This document shows positions 51,164-60,352 of a stretch of 64,000 bases of DNA, in pieces. Source of the DNA: an uncultured Pseudomonadota bacterium (GTDB lineage Bacteria > Oederibacteriota > Muellerivitia > Muellerivitales > Muellerivitaceae). The notes under the pieces are model-generated. The model made no database searches and was not told the origin of the DNA. It was given only the letters and a program-made list of their open reading frames with translations. The first letter of the stretch is position 1; every line of letters begins with the position of its first letter. A program made the position numbers and the translations under genes. The DNA lies in contig CAWIIP010000002.1 in NCBI GenBank assembly GCA_963836235.1, positions 1,312,001 through 1,376,000 on the forward strand. The letters run 5' to 3'.

Positions 51164-52258
51164 GTGGCTTATAAACCTTTATTCCAGGTAACGCCCCCCA
51201 TGCTGAAGCTCATCGGAAAAATGGAGGTGGCGCGGGAGGTTGTGGAAAGCCTGGAAATGCCCATCGACCTAGAAAACGAATTCCGACAGGAAGCCTCGGC
51301 GAGGATGACCCACTACTCCACGAAGATCGAGGGGAACCGCCTCACCCTGAAACAAACGAAGGAATTGCTGGCGGGCCAAACGGTTATTGCCCGTGAGATC
51401 GACAAGCGCGAGGCGATGAACTATTACGATTGCCTCGACCTGGTCCACCGGCATTCCAAGACCAAAAAACCGGTGACGGAAGCCCTAATCAAAGAGATCC
51501 ATTCGGTTGTCCAGAAAGGGATCGTGAAAGGGAAACTCCGGGGGGAATACCGGGAGGCCCAAAACGCCATATTTGATTCGGTGACCAGGAAACCGGTCTA
51601 TTTTCCACCTGATTCCAAAGAGGTTCCCCCCCTCATGAAGGCTTTCGTTGGCTGGCTCAACCACGACCTGGAAACCCACCCAATCCTCAAGGCGGGCATA
51701 GCCCATTACCAATTCGTCACAGTCCACCCTTTCATGGATGGCAACGGACGGACCGCTAGGGCGGTTGCCACCCTCCTCCTTTACCGGGAGGGATACAGCT
51801 TGAAGCGGTTCTATTCTCTGGAGGAATATTACGCCGAAGATTTAAAGGGCTATTACAACACGCTCCACCAATGCCAAGGAGTCCATTACCACAATAATCC
51901 CAACCCGGACATCAGCCCGTGGCTGGAATACTTCCTCAATGGTGCTGCCATTGTGTTCGAGCGCGTCAAGGAAAAGGCCCTGGCCGCATCTAAAAAACAG
52001 CCGTCCCCCCAAAGCAAACAGGATATTGAACGCATGCAGAAGATCGGGCCAAGGGAAAGGCGTGTGCTCGTTTACTTCGGAAAGAATTTACAGCTTCGGA
52101 CGAAAAACCTTTGTTCCCTTTTCAACATCAAGGAACGTGCCGCCAGGGATTTGCTGACCAAGTGGATAGAAATGGGATTAATTGAAAAACAGGGTTCGGG
52201 AAAGCGGGATGCCTATTACGTTTTATCGGCGGAATATCGGCGTCTTATCGGCAGTTAA
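51164..52258 (+). CDS. Fic family protein with C-terminal wHTH
   Basis: STKIEGN inhibitory motif, HPFMDGNGRTAR. Confidence 0.93.
   Translation: MAYKPLFQVTPPMLKLIGKMEVAREVVESLEMPIDLENEFRQEASARMTHYSTKIEGNRLTLKQTKELLAGQTVIAREIDKREAMNYYDCLDLVHRHSKTKKPVTEALIKEIHSVVQKGIVKGKLRGEYREAQNAIFDSVTRKPVYFPPDSKEVPPLMKAFVGWLNHDLETHPILKAGIAHYQFVTVHPFMDGNGRTARAVATLLLYREGYSLKRFYSLEEYYAEDLKGYYNTLHQCQGVHYHNNPNPDISPWLEYFLNGAAIVFERVKEKALAASKKQPSPQSKQDIERMQKIGPRERRVLVYFGKNLQLRTKNLCSLFNIKERAARDLLTKWIEMGLIEKQGSGKRDAYYVLSAEYRRLIGS
52225..52257 (+). repeat. Three 11-bp direct repeats (ATCGGC core) in fic 3' end
   Basis: ATCGGCGGAAT ATCGGCGTCTT ATCGGCAGTTA. Confidence 0.75.
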
Positions 52259-52405
52259 AGAATTAACAATTTTAGAGAAGAAAGCCTTCCCCTTGGCCTC
52301 TCTTAGCCGCTTATTATTAAATCAAAAGGAGAGGGGATTTCCCGACCCTATTGGACGAGCCGGAAAATCCCTTGAGAAATTAAAAGATATCAAATCCAGA
52401 AAAAC

Positions 52406-53128
52406 TTAAAACCGGTACCAACTGGAAACCATGACACGGTGGTCAATGGCATCGGAACCTGAACCGGTTCCCACAGCGCCGGTGACGTAATGGGTGTCAA
52501 ACCGGTCATATTCCACCCCGGCACGGATATTGGCATTGAAATCGTGCATCAAATTGGCGAACATAACGCTGTCGTCATTATAAAGTTTGCTCGCTGTTGC
52601 CCCGCCTCCAGTTAAACCACCTATGTTGTCCGAAAAGACTTCCCCATAACCCACCGTCAAATAAGTTCCCAAATTTTTTGGTAGATGAAATTGCACCTGG
52701 CCGTTATAGCTTTTTATGTCCACCAAAGTGAAATTACCGGCTCCATTAAAGCCACCAACCCCCGAATCCAGGTTGATGCCGTTTGTAGTCGTGGAGAGCG
52801 CGGGAAGACCGCCGCTATACAAAAACATTTCATCCCCATCGCCTTTTCCAACCGTCCACTCGCCCGTCAGGACGAGGCTAGGACCATCCCCGGTATCGCT
52901 TGGAATAACCGGAATAAGGGCATCCAGGGCCATTGCCTGGCCTTCGGCGCTTTGATTTAAATTCACATTGGTACCAACCGTGCCGTAAGTATAGTTCCGC
53001 AAAGTGCCAGACAAGCCCAGGCTAAAAGGCATCGAATTGACGGCCCCAGTCGGTAGGGCAAAGCGGCCCTTCCAATCCCCGAAGATAAACCTGAGACCAC
53101 CGTCAAAGTTTGGAACTTCAGAAGCATC
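52406..53128 (-). pseudogene. 5'-truncated porin-like beta-barrel gene
   Basis: Frame stays open upstream of 53032 to the junction near 53128; no signal peptide; C-terminal SWYRF. Confidence 0.65.
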
Positions 53129-53653
53129 CTGTTGAATTTAGAGGTGAAAGCAGAAGTAGCGAACAAGGAAAAAAGTTGGAATGCGATGAGAGACGAAATA
53201 AAGATTGCGTGTTTTAGTGAACGCTGGGATTAACTGCCAATGTGGGCGCATTACGCCGATAATCACCAAGGCTTTTGCATTGAATACGATCTTTCTAACG
53301 AATCCGAAGGAAGAACAGCGCCCCTGTTCCCGGTTATTTACAGTGAATCAATGGTTCCCTTGGACATTACCAACGAATTATTGAATCTGCCGGGTAATAG
53401 TGGACACTTGGCGATCAAAGCTGCCATTTTCAAAAATTAAGATTGGAGTTATGAGCGCGAATGGAGATTCGTTTTTTACCGGTTTATTGATCCCCTCGAT
53501 ATAAAGGGCTATCCCATAAAGGCGGTTTACTTGGGGACTAAAATCAACGACGAACACAAAATGCAATTAATAGAGCTGTCCAAAAAGGGAGAGTTTAAGA
53601 TTTTTCAAATGAAGATTTTGGCCAATGAATTCAAAAGAGAAAAAATAAACTAA
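53129..53653 (+). pseudogene. Degraded partial paralog of the DUF2971 gene
   Basis: Aligns to 59233-59760; in-frame TAA at 53231 and 53438; 5' part missing. Confidence 0.88.
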
Positions 53654-53678
53654 ACCATTAAACCGTTTACACCTCTAA

Positions 53679-53733
53679 GGGGGGAAAGCCTTCCCCCTGG
53701 CCTCGGCTTCCTTCGGTGATCCTCGGCACACCC
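53679..53733. repeat. Palindromic repeat A
   Basis: GGGGG(A)AAGCCTTCCCCCTGGCCTCGGCTWCCTTCGGTGATCCTCGGCACACCC, also at 58610-58663; partial at 52281-52300. Confidence 0.85.
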
Positions 53734-53860
53734 TCTTAGGCGTAATAATCTTGAAACTTATTGGAATGCCGATACGTCCTAATTGGCTTTGCACAAAACC
53801 CTTAATCATTGAGGGGTTTGTGTGATTTGATCAATTCATAATGAACAAGGATGAAAGATT

Positions 53861-54601
53861 ATGCGTAGCGACATGAGCAAAGTTATTGTGGAACGTCCAA
53901 GGCGGGGCGGAGGACGTGATCGGAAAAGGCGGCCAGCCAGAGAATTCGACGATATGCCCTCCAAACAGTCCATGAAACGGGGGCATACCGACCTCAAGGA
54001 CCTCAACGAGAATTTGGCGCCCCTCAAACGGTATCTCCATAAAAACGTTGGACGTCCCTGGGATAAGGTCTTCAGTGAAATTTGCGAGAACATTCGCGTG
54101 GATAATACAGTTCAAAAGCACGTCCGAAATCATGTTTTTGATTACGTCCACTTGCATGTAATCGTGGAAGGTAAAGCAGTTTACACCCGGCGTATCTGGG
54201 GAGTTTATGAACTATGGTATGGCGACTTCTATGTCTGTCCCAAGTCAGGGCTGCTCAAGGATTATCGTCGTCGATATAAACCTCGCTGGCGGAGCGTGAG
54301 ATCGCTGGAAGAAGGCCTAAAAGGAATTTCCTCAGAAAAATCCAGGACGGTCGTGGAGGGAACCGAGGTATTCAAGCTGTACCGAAATCCCGACACAGGG
54401 GAGTTTAACCTTCGGAATCCGGCCCGAACGGTTCACGCCAAGATCGACTTCAACGAAACCCTTCTCCATTGTGGGCTCAAACCTCTTGATTCATTTTTCA
54501 AGGAATTCTCCAAATCCGTTCCAATGAATCATCCCTATTGGGTTACCTATAGCCGCTTGTATCACGAGCATAAAGCAAAGCTTGCCAACCTTAAAACTTG
54601 A
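53861..54601 (+). CDS. Conserved basic hypothetical protein
   Basis: MRSDMSKVIVERPR..LNENLAPLKRYL..VGRPWDKVFSEI motif block; AAGGA RBS. Confidence 0.75.
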   Translation: MRSDMSKVIVERPRRGGGRDRKRRPAREFDDMPSKQSMKRGHTDLKDLNENLAPLKRYLHKNVGRPWDKVFSEICENIRVDNTVQKHVRNHVFDYVHLHVIVEGKAVYTRRIWGVYELWYGDFYVCPKSGLLKDYRRRYKPRWRSVRSLEEGLKGISSEKSRTVVEGTEVFKLYRNPDTGEFNLRNPARTVHAKIDFNETLLHCGLKPLDSFFKEFSKSVPMNHPYWVTYSRLYHEHKAKLANLKT

Positions 54602-54887
54602 TCCTGCCCAACGGATTGGTTTATCGGCAGTTAGCGGAATTAGAGTTGTTTCGGGTTTATTTAATGGTATCAGGAAAAGTTTTCGTGATCCTATTAATGA
54701 ATACTCTTCCAACACAAACAATTTGTTCAGGTGCCTGAACAAAACGTAAATGCCTAAACCCGTTTTTGATCCATGAGGAAGTCCTCGAAATACTCACTGT
54801 TGAGTAAAAATACTCAATGACTGAGTAATCGGGGGATCCGCATTAAAGGATGTTTTTGTGGCCGTCCCAAAGCCAGCGGGTCTCTTG

Positions 54888-54929
54888 AATTAGGTAATAT
54901 CGAATTAATTAGGTAATGAATTAGGTAAT
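54888..54929 (+). repeat. Three AATTAGGTAAT direct repeats upstream of second fic
   Basis: Copies at 54888, 54907, 54919. Confidence 0.8.
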
Positions 54930-54985
54930 GTGTTAAACTTTGCCCCTGGCCATCCCGGCTATAACCAAAACTTTTAGGAAACCCC

Positions 54986-56035
54986 ATGCTGACATTAAGC
55001 CGTTTTTCATCCAAAACCTTTTCTATCCCAACCATGACTTCATGGTACTTGTCCGATTTGGGCGAGGCAAAGGGGCGGCAGGAGCTTTTCACCAAACAAT
55101 CACCCCAAAAGTTAAAGGCCCTTCGTGAACATGCCATCATCGAAAGCGCGGTTTCTTCCAATCGCATCGAGGGCGTCCAGATCGACCAAAAGCGGGTTGC
55201 GACCGTTGTATTCGGGAAGTCCCACTTGAAAGACAGGGACGAGGAGGAAGTCCGGGGCTATCGGCAGGCGTTGAAGTGGATACACGAAGAGGGGAAGGAT
55301 ATCCCTGTTTCTGAAAAGACGATTTTAACCCTCCATCGCATGACTCGTGGCCAAATTTGGGACGCGGGGAAATACAAGGAAAAGGACGGGGATATCATCG
55401 AGAAATCCCCCGATGGCCGCCATCGGGTAAGGTTCAAGACGGTTTCGGCCAAGAAAACACCTACCGAGATGAAGGAACTTATTCAACTCAACGACGAATG
55501 TTTCAAGGAGAAGTGGGTTCAACCCCTCATCGCCACAGCCCTATTCAACCTGGACTTCCTGTGTGTTCACCCTTTTCGGGATGGCAATGGCCGTGTTTCC
55601 CGTCTTCTTTTTCTTCTCCAATGCCATCGGTTGGGGTATGAAGTGGGAAGGTTCATCAGCTTGGAACGGCTTATTGAGGAAAACAAAGAGCGGTACTACG
55701 AAACCTTGGAGCAAAGTTCTCAAGGGTGGCATGAGGGAAAACAAGATCCTTGGCCCTTCGTTAATTACTTGCTTTTCATTCTCAAAGCCGCCTACCAGGA
55801 ATTTGAAAGCAGGTTGGAGGCAACTTCCGGGTCAAAGGGTGATAAGACCGAATTGGTATTATCCGCCATGACCCGATATTCCGGCCCTTTCCGGGTATCA
55901 GAGTTACAGAAGGATTGCCCAGGGGTCGGGGTGGACATGATCCGAAAGGTATTGAAGGATTTAAAAGCTCAGGGCCGGGTGGATTGTTTAAGCCGTGGAA
56001 AAAACGCCCAATGGAAACGCACCAAGAAATGGTGA
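54986..56035 (+). CDS. Fic family protein with C-terminal HTH
   Basis: SSNRIEG, HPFRDGNGRVSR. Confidence 0.93.
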   Translation: MLTLSRFSSKTFSIPTMTSWYLSDLGEAKGRQELFTKQSPQKLKALREHAIIESAVSSNRIEGVQIDQKRVATVVFGKSHLKDRDEEEVRGYRQALKWIHEEGKDIPVSEKTILTLHRMTRGQIWDAGKYKEKDGDIIEKSPDGRHRVRFKTVSAKKTPTEMKELIQLNDECFKEKWVQPLIATALFNLDFLCVHPFRDGNGRVSRLLFLLQCHRLGYEVGRFISLERLIEENKERYYETLEQSSQGWHEGKQDPWPFVNYLLFILKAAYQEFESRLEATSGSKGDKTELVLSAMTRYSGPFRVSELQKDCPGVGVDMIRKVLKDLKAQGRVDCLSRGKNAQWKRTKKW

Positions 56036-56050
56036 GGGGTTAAAGAACCC

Positions 56051-56431
56051 ATGCACATCAACCGAAACGCGGTGGTCCTTAAGGCCAAACAACCTTTTGT
56101 GGATTGGATCAACACGACCCCCAGGGAACCAGGGGATGAATTGCCACGCTTTACCCTGGAACAGTTCAACCAGGAATGTATGGTCCTGTTGATCCCTGAA
56201 TTCGATTCCATCCAGGAAGCCAGGGAGCAGGTTCGCCAGTTGAAGATGGACTTGTTTGAAGAGTCGTTGGAAGACTGGTATACGGACGAGGAAGATTGGC
56301 CCCAAAACCGCACCGAGAAAATGTTCGATGAGTGGTTTAGCCTGGAAATCCATTCCGAAGTGATTGATACCGTGGATGGACCCATTGAGAAAGAAGACTT
56401 AGGGAATGAATCGTTTCCGGCCTTGGAATAA
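56051..56431 (+). CDS. Conserved acidic hypothetical protein
   Basis: INRNAVVLKAKQPFVDWIN..WYTDEEDWPQNRT..FDEWF. Confidence 0.75.
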   Translation: MHINRNAVVLKAKQPFVDWINTTPREPGDELPRFTLEQFNQECMVLLIPEFDSIQEAREQVRQLKMDLFEESLEDWYTDEEDWPQNRTEKMFDEWFSLEIHSEVIDTVDGPIEKEDLGNESFPALE

Positions 56432-56433
56432 AA

Positions 56434-56466
56434 CCCCTTCTCCTGGGGCTTTGCCCCAAACCCCTT
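56434..56466. repeat. Palindromic repeat B
   Basis: CCCCTTC..CTGGGGCTTTGCCCCAARCCCCTT, also at 58662-58694. Confidence 0.8.
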
Positions 56467-56586
56467 AAAACCCCATGGAAGAAATGGCTGAAACTTGTGC
56501 ATTGCTCAATTAAAATTAGATCATTAATTTTCCTCAAGGAGAAAAAATGACCCCTGATCTCTCTTCAATCGTATTACACCCCAAAG

Positions 56587-56788
56587 GAAATCTTTCCGGA
56601 TAGATTTTTTATTTTTGAAAACGTAAGCCGTAAAAATTCATTGTCCCCATCAGCATTAAATTGGCCTTTGCCTGTAATGGTTTTAACACCAAAACGGGCC
56701 GAGGCCTTTTTTTTGAATTACCGGTCAGTACCGGTTAGAAACGGTCAAACCCGGTAAAACCCGACTTCAAATGACACGTATATGACAC
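56587..56788 (+). repeat. Island left-end arm, copy 2 (internal)
   Basis: Begins at GAAATCTTTCC like copy 1 and ends in the TGACAC pair. Confidence 0.92.
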
Positions 56789-56866
56789 GGGGTAAGAAGT
56801 GGACTTGAATGGAAATCCCACCCTCAGAACACATTGCAAGTTCAAAGACTGGTTTAGAAAACAATT

Positions 56867-57274
56867 TTAACGAATTTTAAGTCTGGCTTTATTAGCGAGG
56901 AGATTTGCGAAGTTCACTTGTTGTTGGCGTTCCGTTTTAGGCGGCCAACCGGCAATATTTATATGCCTGTTGGCAGGCGATGGTTCTAAGACTAAATTAG
57001 TGCTGGTTACCTCTTCCGCAGAAATATCGCCTCGGGCTTTTAGATTTGCTTTCTTCTTCGGCGCAAATCTAGCCGTTTGAACAATGTCCCACACTCCAGA
57101 TTCAGATAAACCATCGATACCAAAAACAGACGTTTTGTTATCAATAGGAGAAGGCATAAAAACTGCGTAATTTATTTTTTCCGGGATCTTTGAATAATGT
57201 TCCGTATTGAAAATGTATCTTGTTAGTTCTTTCATCGGCGGAAGGGATGGCGGGGTTTCTTGAGATGCTTCCAT
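56867..57274 (-). CDS. Hypothetical protein, possible ART/RES-like toxin
   Basis: ELTRYI, AVF, TSVF, RHINIAGWP spacing (R-S-H). Confidence 0.55.
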   Translation of the reverse strand: MEASQETPPSLPPMKELTRYIFNTEHYSKIPEKINYAVFMPSPIDNKTSVFGIDGLSESGVWDIVQTARFAPKKKANLKARGDISAEEVTSTNLVLEPSPANRHINIAGWPPKTERQQQVNFANLLANKARLKIR

Positions 57275-57279
57275 TTTGA

Positions 57280-57771
57280 TTAGACTAAACTAAAGTTCTT
57301 ATTTAGTTTTTCTACAATTATTTTCGGTAAACGAGTTAGATCATTGGCGGGCCTTTTACCGAAATTATTTTCTGGCCCATCAATTTCCGAAAAGATTAGA
57401 AAATCATTATCAAAAGCAAGAACTAATCTTTTATCGCCCTTTACCCATTCAAAACCTATATTGCCTGAAGGTTCTGGCACTACTCGGGGAATAATAATAT
57501 TGGCATTAAGTAAGGATGCCAATTTTTCCGCACGTTCCTTTTCCAGTTTTGTTATAGGTATTGCGCCATAGCCATCCCAATCTTTTTCATTACAGTTTTC
57601 CATTATTTCCATTAGTTTTCCATCAATGATTTCTTTTGTTAATCCAAAAACTGATTTCGATTCTTCTTCTTGTTTAACTTCGTCGTAAGAAGAAGAATCA
57701 TTACTTCCATTGGAGAAAGAAAGAAACTGGGGGTAAGTATGAAAAGTTCTAATTGTGTTGGTATTGCTCAT
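57280..57771 (-). CDS. Hypothetical protein with low-complexity N-terminus and WDGYGA motif
   Basis: DWDGYGAIPI, PEPSGNIGFEW; ATGA overlap with upstream gene. Confidence 0.7.
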   Translation of the reverse strand: MSNTNTIRTFHTYPQFLSFSNGSNDSSSYDEVKQEEESKSVFGLTKEIIDGKLMEIMENCNEKDWDGYGAIPITKLEKERAEKLASLLNANIIIPRVVPEPSGNIGFEWVKGDKRLVLAFDNDFLIFSEIDGPENNFGKRPANDLTRLPKIIVEKLNKNFSLV

Positions 57772-58493
57772 TTAAAAAGCTCTCCTGTTTTTTCTGTTAA
57801 AGATTCAAAAAATACATCATCAGCATATTTGTTTAATAAATCCAGGTTATCCCATATTTTATCATCTGACTCTGTAGTTAATTTAAAAACATCTATATCG
57901 AAAATAAAGGTTGATTCGGGTTTTTCATCTGTTTTTGGGATGGTCGATAAACCTAAATTTGCTTTAAACCCATTCCTATCAAGAGAATACCGAAACATAA
58001 AATTTTCAAGAACGCCCAATTTCTCTGAGTTTACTTGAGGTAGGTTCAAAAAATAATCGTTTAGAGTGAAAACGGTTTCGGGGATGGTAATTTTGTTTAT
58101 GTATTTTGTTGCGACACGAAAAATCGAAGGCTTAAATGCTTCAGAATATAGATTCCAAAAAGAGTGTGATTCATTTTTTAAAATATCCCACTTTTCATAA
58201 AAGTTCAACAAACTGAAAGTAAATCCATTAGTGCGATATTGAACAGCCCTACTTTCATCTTTTGATTTTGCAATAAAACCATTTTTAAGTTCAGATGTTT
58301 CTGCTTTTAGTTGTTTGCCTATCGGCCCAAATTTTATTTGATGTTGGCTCAGGATATTCTTTTGAGGAAAATCAGACTTTATTTTATCAAATAAGGATTC
58401 GAGCGCTTCGAAAGTTACGTTGCTATTTTGCGCTATTTGGATATCGACCAGGGATTCTATTATAGGCGGTTTGGAAAAATGCCTGTATTTCAT
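57768..58493 (-). CDS. TIGR04255-like protein
   Basis: PPIIESLVDI, YEKW, RVATKYINKI, FIFDID, FFESLT. Confidence 0.8.
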   Translation of the reverse strand: MKYRHFSKPPIIESLVDIQIAQNSNVTFEALESLFDKIKSDFPQKNILSQHQIKFGPIGKQLKAETSELKNGFIAKSKDESRAVQYRTNGFTFSLLNFYEKWDILKNESHSFWNLYSEAFKPSIFRVATKYINKITIPETVFTLNDYFLNLPQVNSEKLGVLENFMFRYSLDRNGFKANLGLSTIPKTDEKPESTFIFDIDVFKLTTESDDKIWDNLDLLNKYADDVFFESLTEKTGELFK

Positions 58494-58609
58494 GCTAAAG
58501 GTATACCAGAAAAGATGCCTGAAAAAAATGTTCGTTTTTCAATAACCAAACTTAATGGGTGCTTGCCAGAATAAAGGTTTTCAAACTATGACTTTCGTGT
58601 AATCCTTTT

Positions 58610-58694
58610 GGGGGGAAGCCTTCCCCCTGGCCTCGGCTACCTTCGGTGATCCTCGGCACACCCCCTTCGCCTGGGGCTTTGCCCCAAGCCCCTT
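58610..58694. repeat. Composite palindromic repeat A+B
   Basis: Repeat A immediately followed by repeat B. Confidence 0.85.
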
Positions 58695-58842
58695 TCATCA
58701 TCATCTTCTTGAGGTATGCATGGATAGAAGGGCATATACTTTTTAAAAAGTATTTGCGTTTTTATCCGCTATTAAAAATGACTGCCAAAATCAAAAAACA
58801 CAAGCCCCTTAAAAAATAAGGGGTTTGTGAAATTGGACATTT

Positions 58843-59760
58843 ATGAATTGGAAAATCGAGTTTTGTAATGTTTTGTTTTTCCAAAACAAAGACCCTGAAA
58901 ATTTCGACAAAGCCAATCGATTAAAGTTTTCTAAACTTCCAAAATCTCTTTTTAGGTTCAGAGCTTGGAAAGACTACAGCTTAAAAGAAATTAGCGAAAA
59001 CAAAATTTGGCTTTCGAACCCAAGAACATTTAACGATCCTTATGATTGCTCTGTCTCAGCAGATTATAAAAAGGTCGTCCTTTCGCTGTTTCGAAAATTG
59101 CCACAAACAACAAATATTTCGGATAAAACTTGGAAGGAAGTAGAGGAGAGCGATGACCCAGTCCTGTATCTTTCCCGTTACCTTGCTCAGAGGGTTGTCC
59201 CCCCCGATTTGCAATATGTTGAAAACGCAAGACTGTTGAATTTAGAAGTAAAATCAGCAGTAGCAAACAAGGAAAAAAGCTGGAACGCGATGAAAGACGA
59301 AACAAAAGTTGCGTGCTTTAGCCAGCGGTGGGATTCATTACCAATGTGGGCGCATTACGCCGATCAACACCAGGGGTTTTGTATTGAATATGATCTTTCC
59401 AATGAATCCGAAGGACGAACTGCTCCCCTTTTTCCAGTCATTTACTCTAAAGCACTAGTGCCCTTGGACATCACCAACGAATTAATGAATCTGCCAGGCA
59501 ATAGTGGCCATTTGGCAATCAAAGCCGCCATTTACAAAAATATGGATTGGAGTTATGAACGCGAGTGGCGGCTTGTTTTTTACACAGGAGATGATCAGAA
59601 AATCGAAATAAAAGGATATCCCATCAAGGCAATTTACTTGGGCACCAAAATCAACGATGAACACAAGAGGCAGTTAATAGAGCTGTCCAAAAAGGTTAAA
59701 TTTAAGATTTTTCAAATGAGGGTTTCGGCCAATAAATTCAAAAAAGAAAAAATCGACTGA
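58843..59760 (+). CDS. DUF2971 domain protein
   Basis: LFRFR, FNDPYD, CFS, MWAHYA.QHQGFCIEY, WSYEREWR. Confidence 0.88.
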   Translation: MNWKIEFCNVLFFQNKDPENFDKANRLKFSKLPKSLFRFRAWKDYSLKEISENKIWLSNPRTFNDPYDCSVSADYKKVVLSLFRKLPQTTNISDKTWKEVEESDDPVLYLSRYLAQRVVPPDLQYVENARLLNLEVKSAVANKEKSWNAMKDETKVACFSQRWDSLPMWAHYADQHQGFCIEYDLSNESEGRTAPLFPVIYSKALVPLDITNELMNLPGNSGHLAIKAAIYKNMDWSYEREWRLVFYTGDDQKIEIKGYPIKAIYLGTKINDEHKRQLIELSKKVKFKIFQMRVSANKFKKEKID

Positions 59761-59764
59761 AGAT

Positions 59765-60352
59765 TTGAAAGCCATTAGCGAGTTCTACAATCTGGCCTAT
59801 CCCAAGTTCATCGACTTCATCAACAAGTGCCGGGAAGCCCAGGTGAACCTCTTTTTGGCCCACCAGTCCATGGGGGATTTGAGGGGCGTTTCGGAGGAAT
59901 TTCTGGAACAGGTGATGAACACTGCCAGCAACAAGATCATTTTGCGGGTGAACGACCCGGACACGGCGGAGGGCTTCGCCCGGCAATTCGGAACCGAACG
60001 CGACCAGGACTACCGGGTGGAGAGTTTTGGGAAGGATGGACAGATGATGGGTTATTCCAAGCCCCCGGTTGAGAAGTTCCGTTTCCACCCCAACCGCATC
60101 AAGGAATTGAAGGTCGGCCAAGCCATCGTCAAGGTCGTGGGTGAATCGGGGGTCAAGGTCTTCCAAACTGCCTTGCGGCCGGCGGATAACCCATGGGATG
60201 GCTTTAACACCCAAAACGGCGTGGCCCACCGGACCCGCCGTGATGCAATCAATGAAAGCTCCCTCCCCGAGCTGGTAGGCGAAAACAATGGCGGCCCGGA
60301 GCCAGGCCCCAAAAACCCTGGAAGCCCCATGGGGGATGAAGATGCGGCCTGA
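59765..60352 (+). pseudogene. C-terminal remnant of type IV coupling protein (TraD/VirD4)
   Basis: (D)EF at the Walker B position, LAHQSMGDL, NKIILRVNDPDTA; N-terminal part absent. Confidence 0.8.

Noticed and set aside
30752-53653. TAA reassignment/readthrough suggested by four in-frame TAA codons
   Set aside because: The implied residues differ (Tyr, Leu, Ser, Met) and many intact genes here end in TAA; ordinary nonsense mutation or error is simpler
51100-58700. CRISPR array or classical integron
   Set aside because: No regularly spaced repeat-spacer units and no cas genes; the integrase has an xis partner and phage-type layout, and I saw no attC R-box pattern in the repeats
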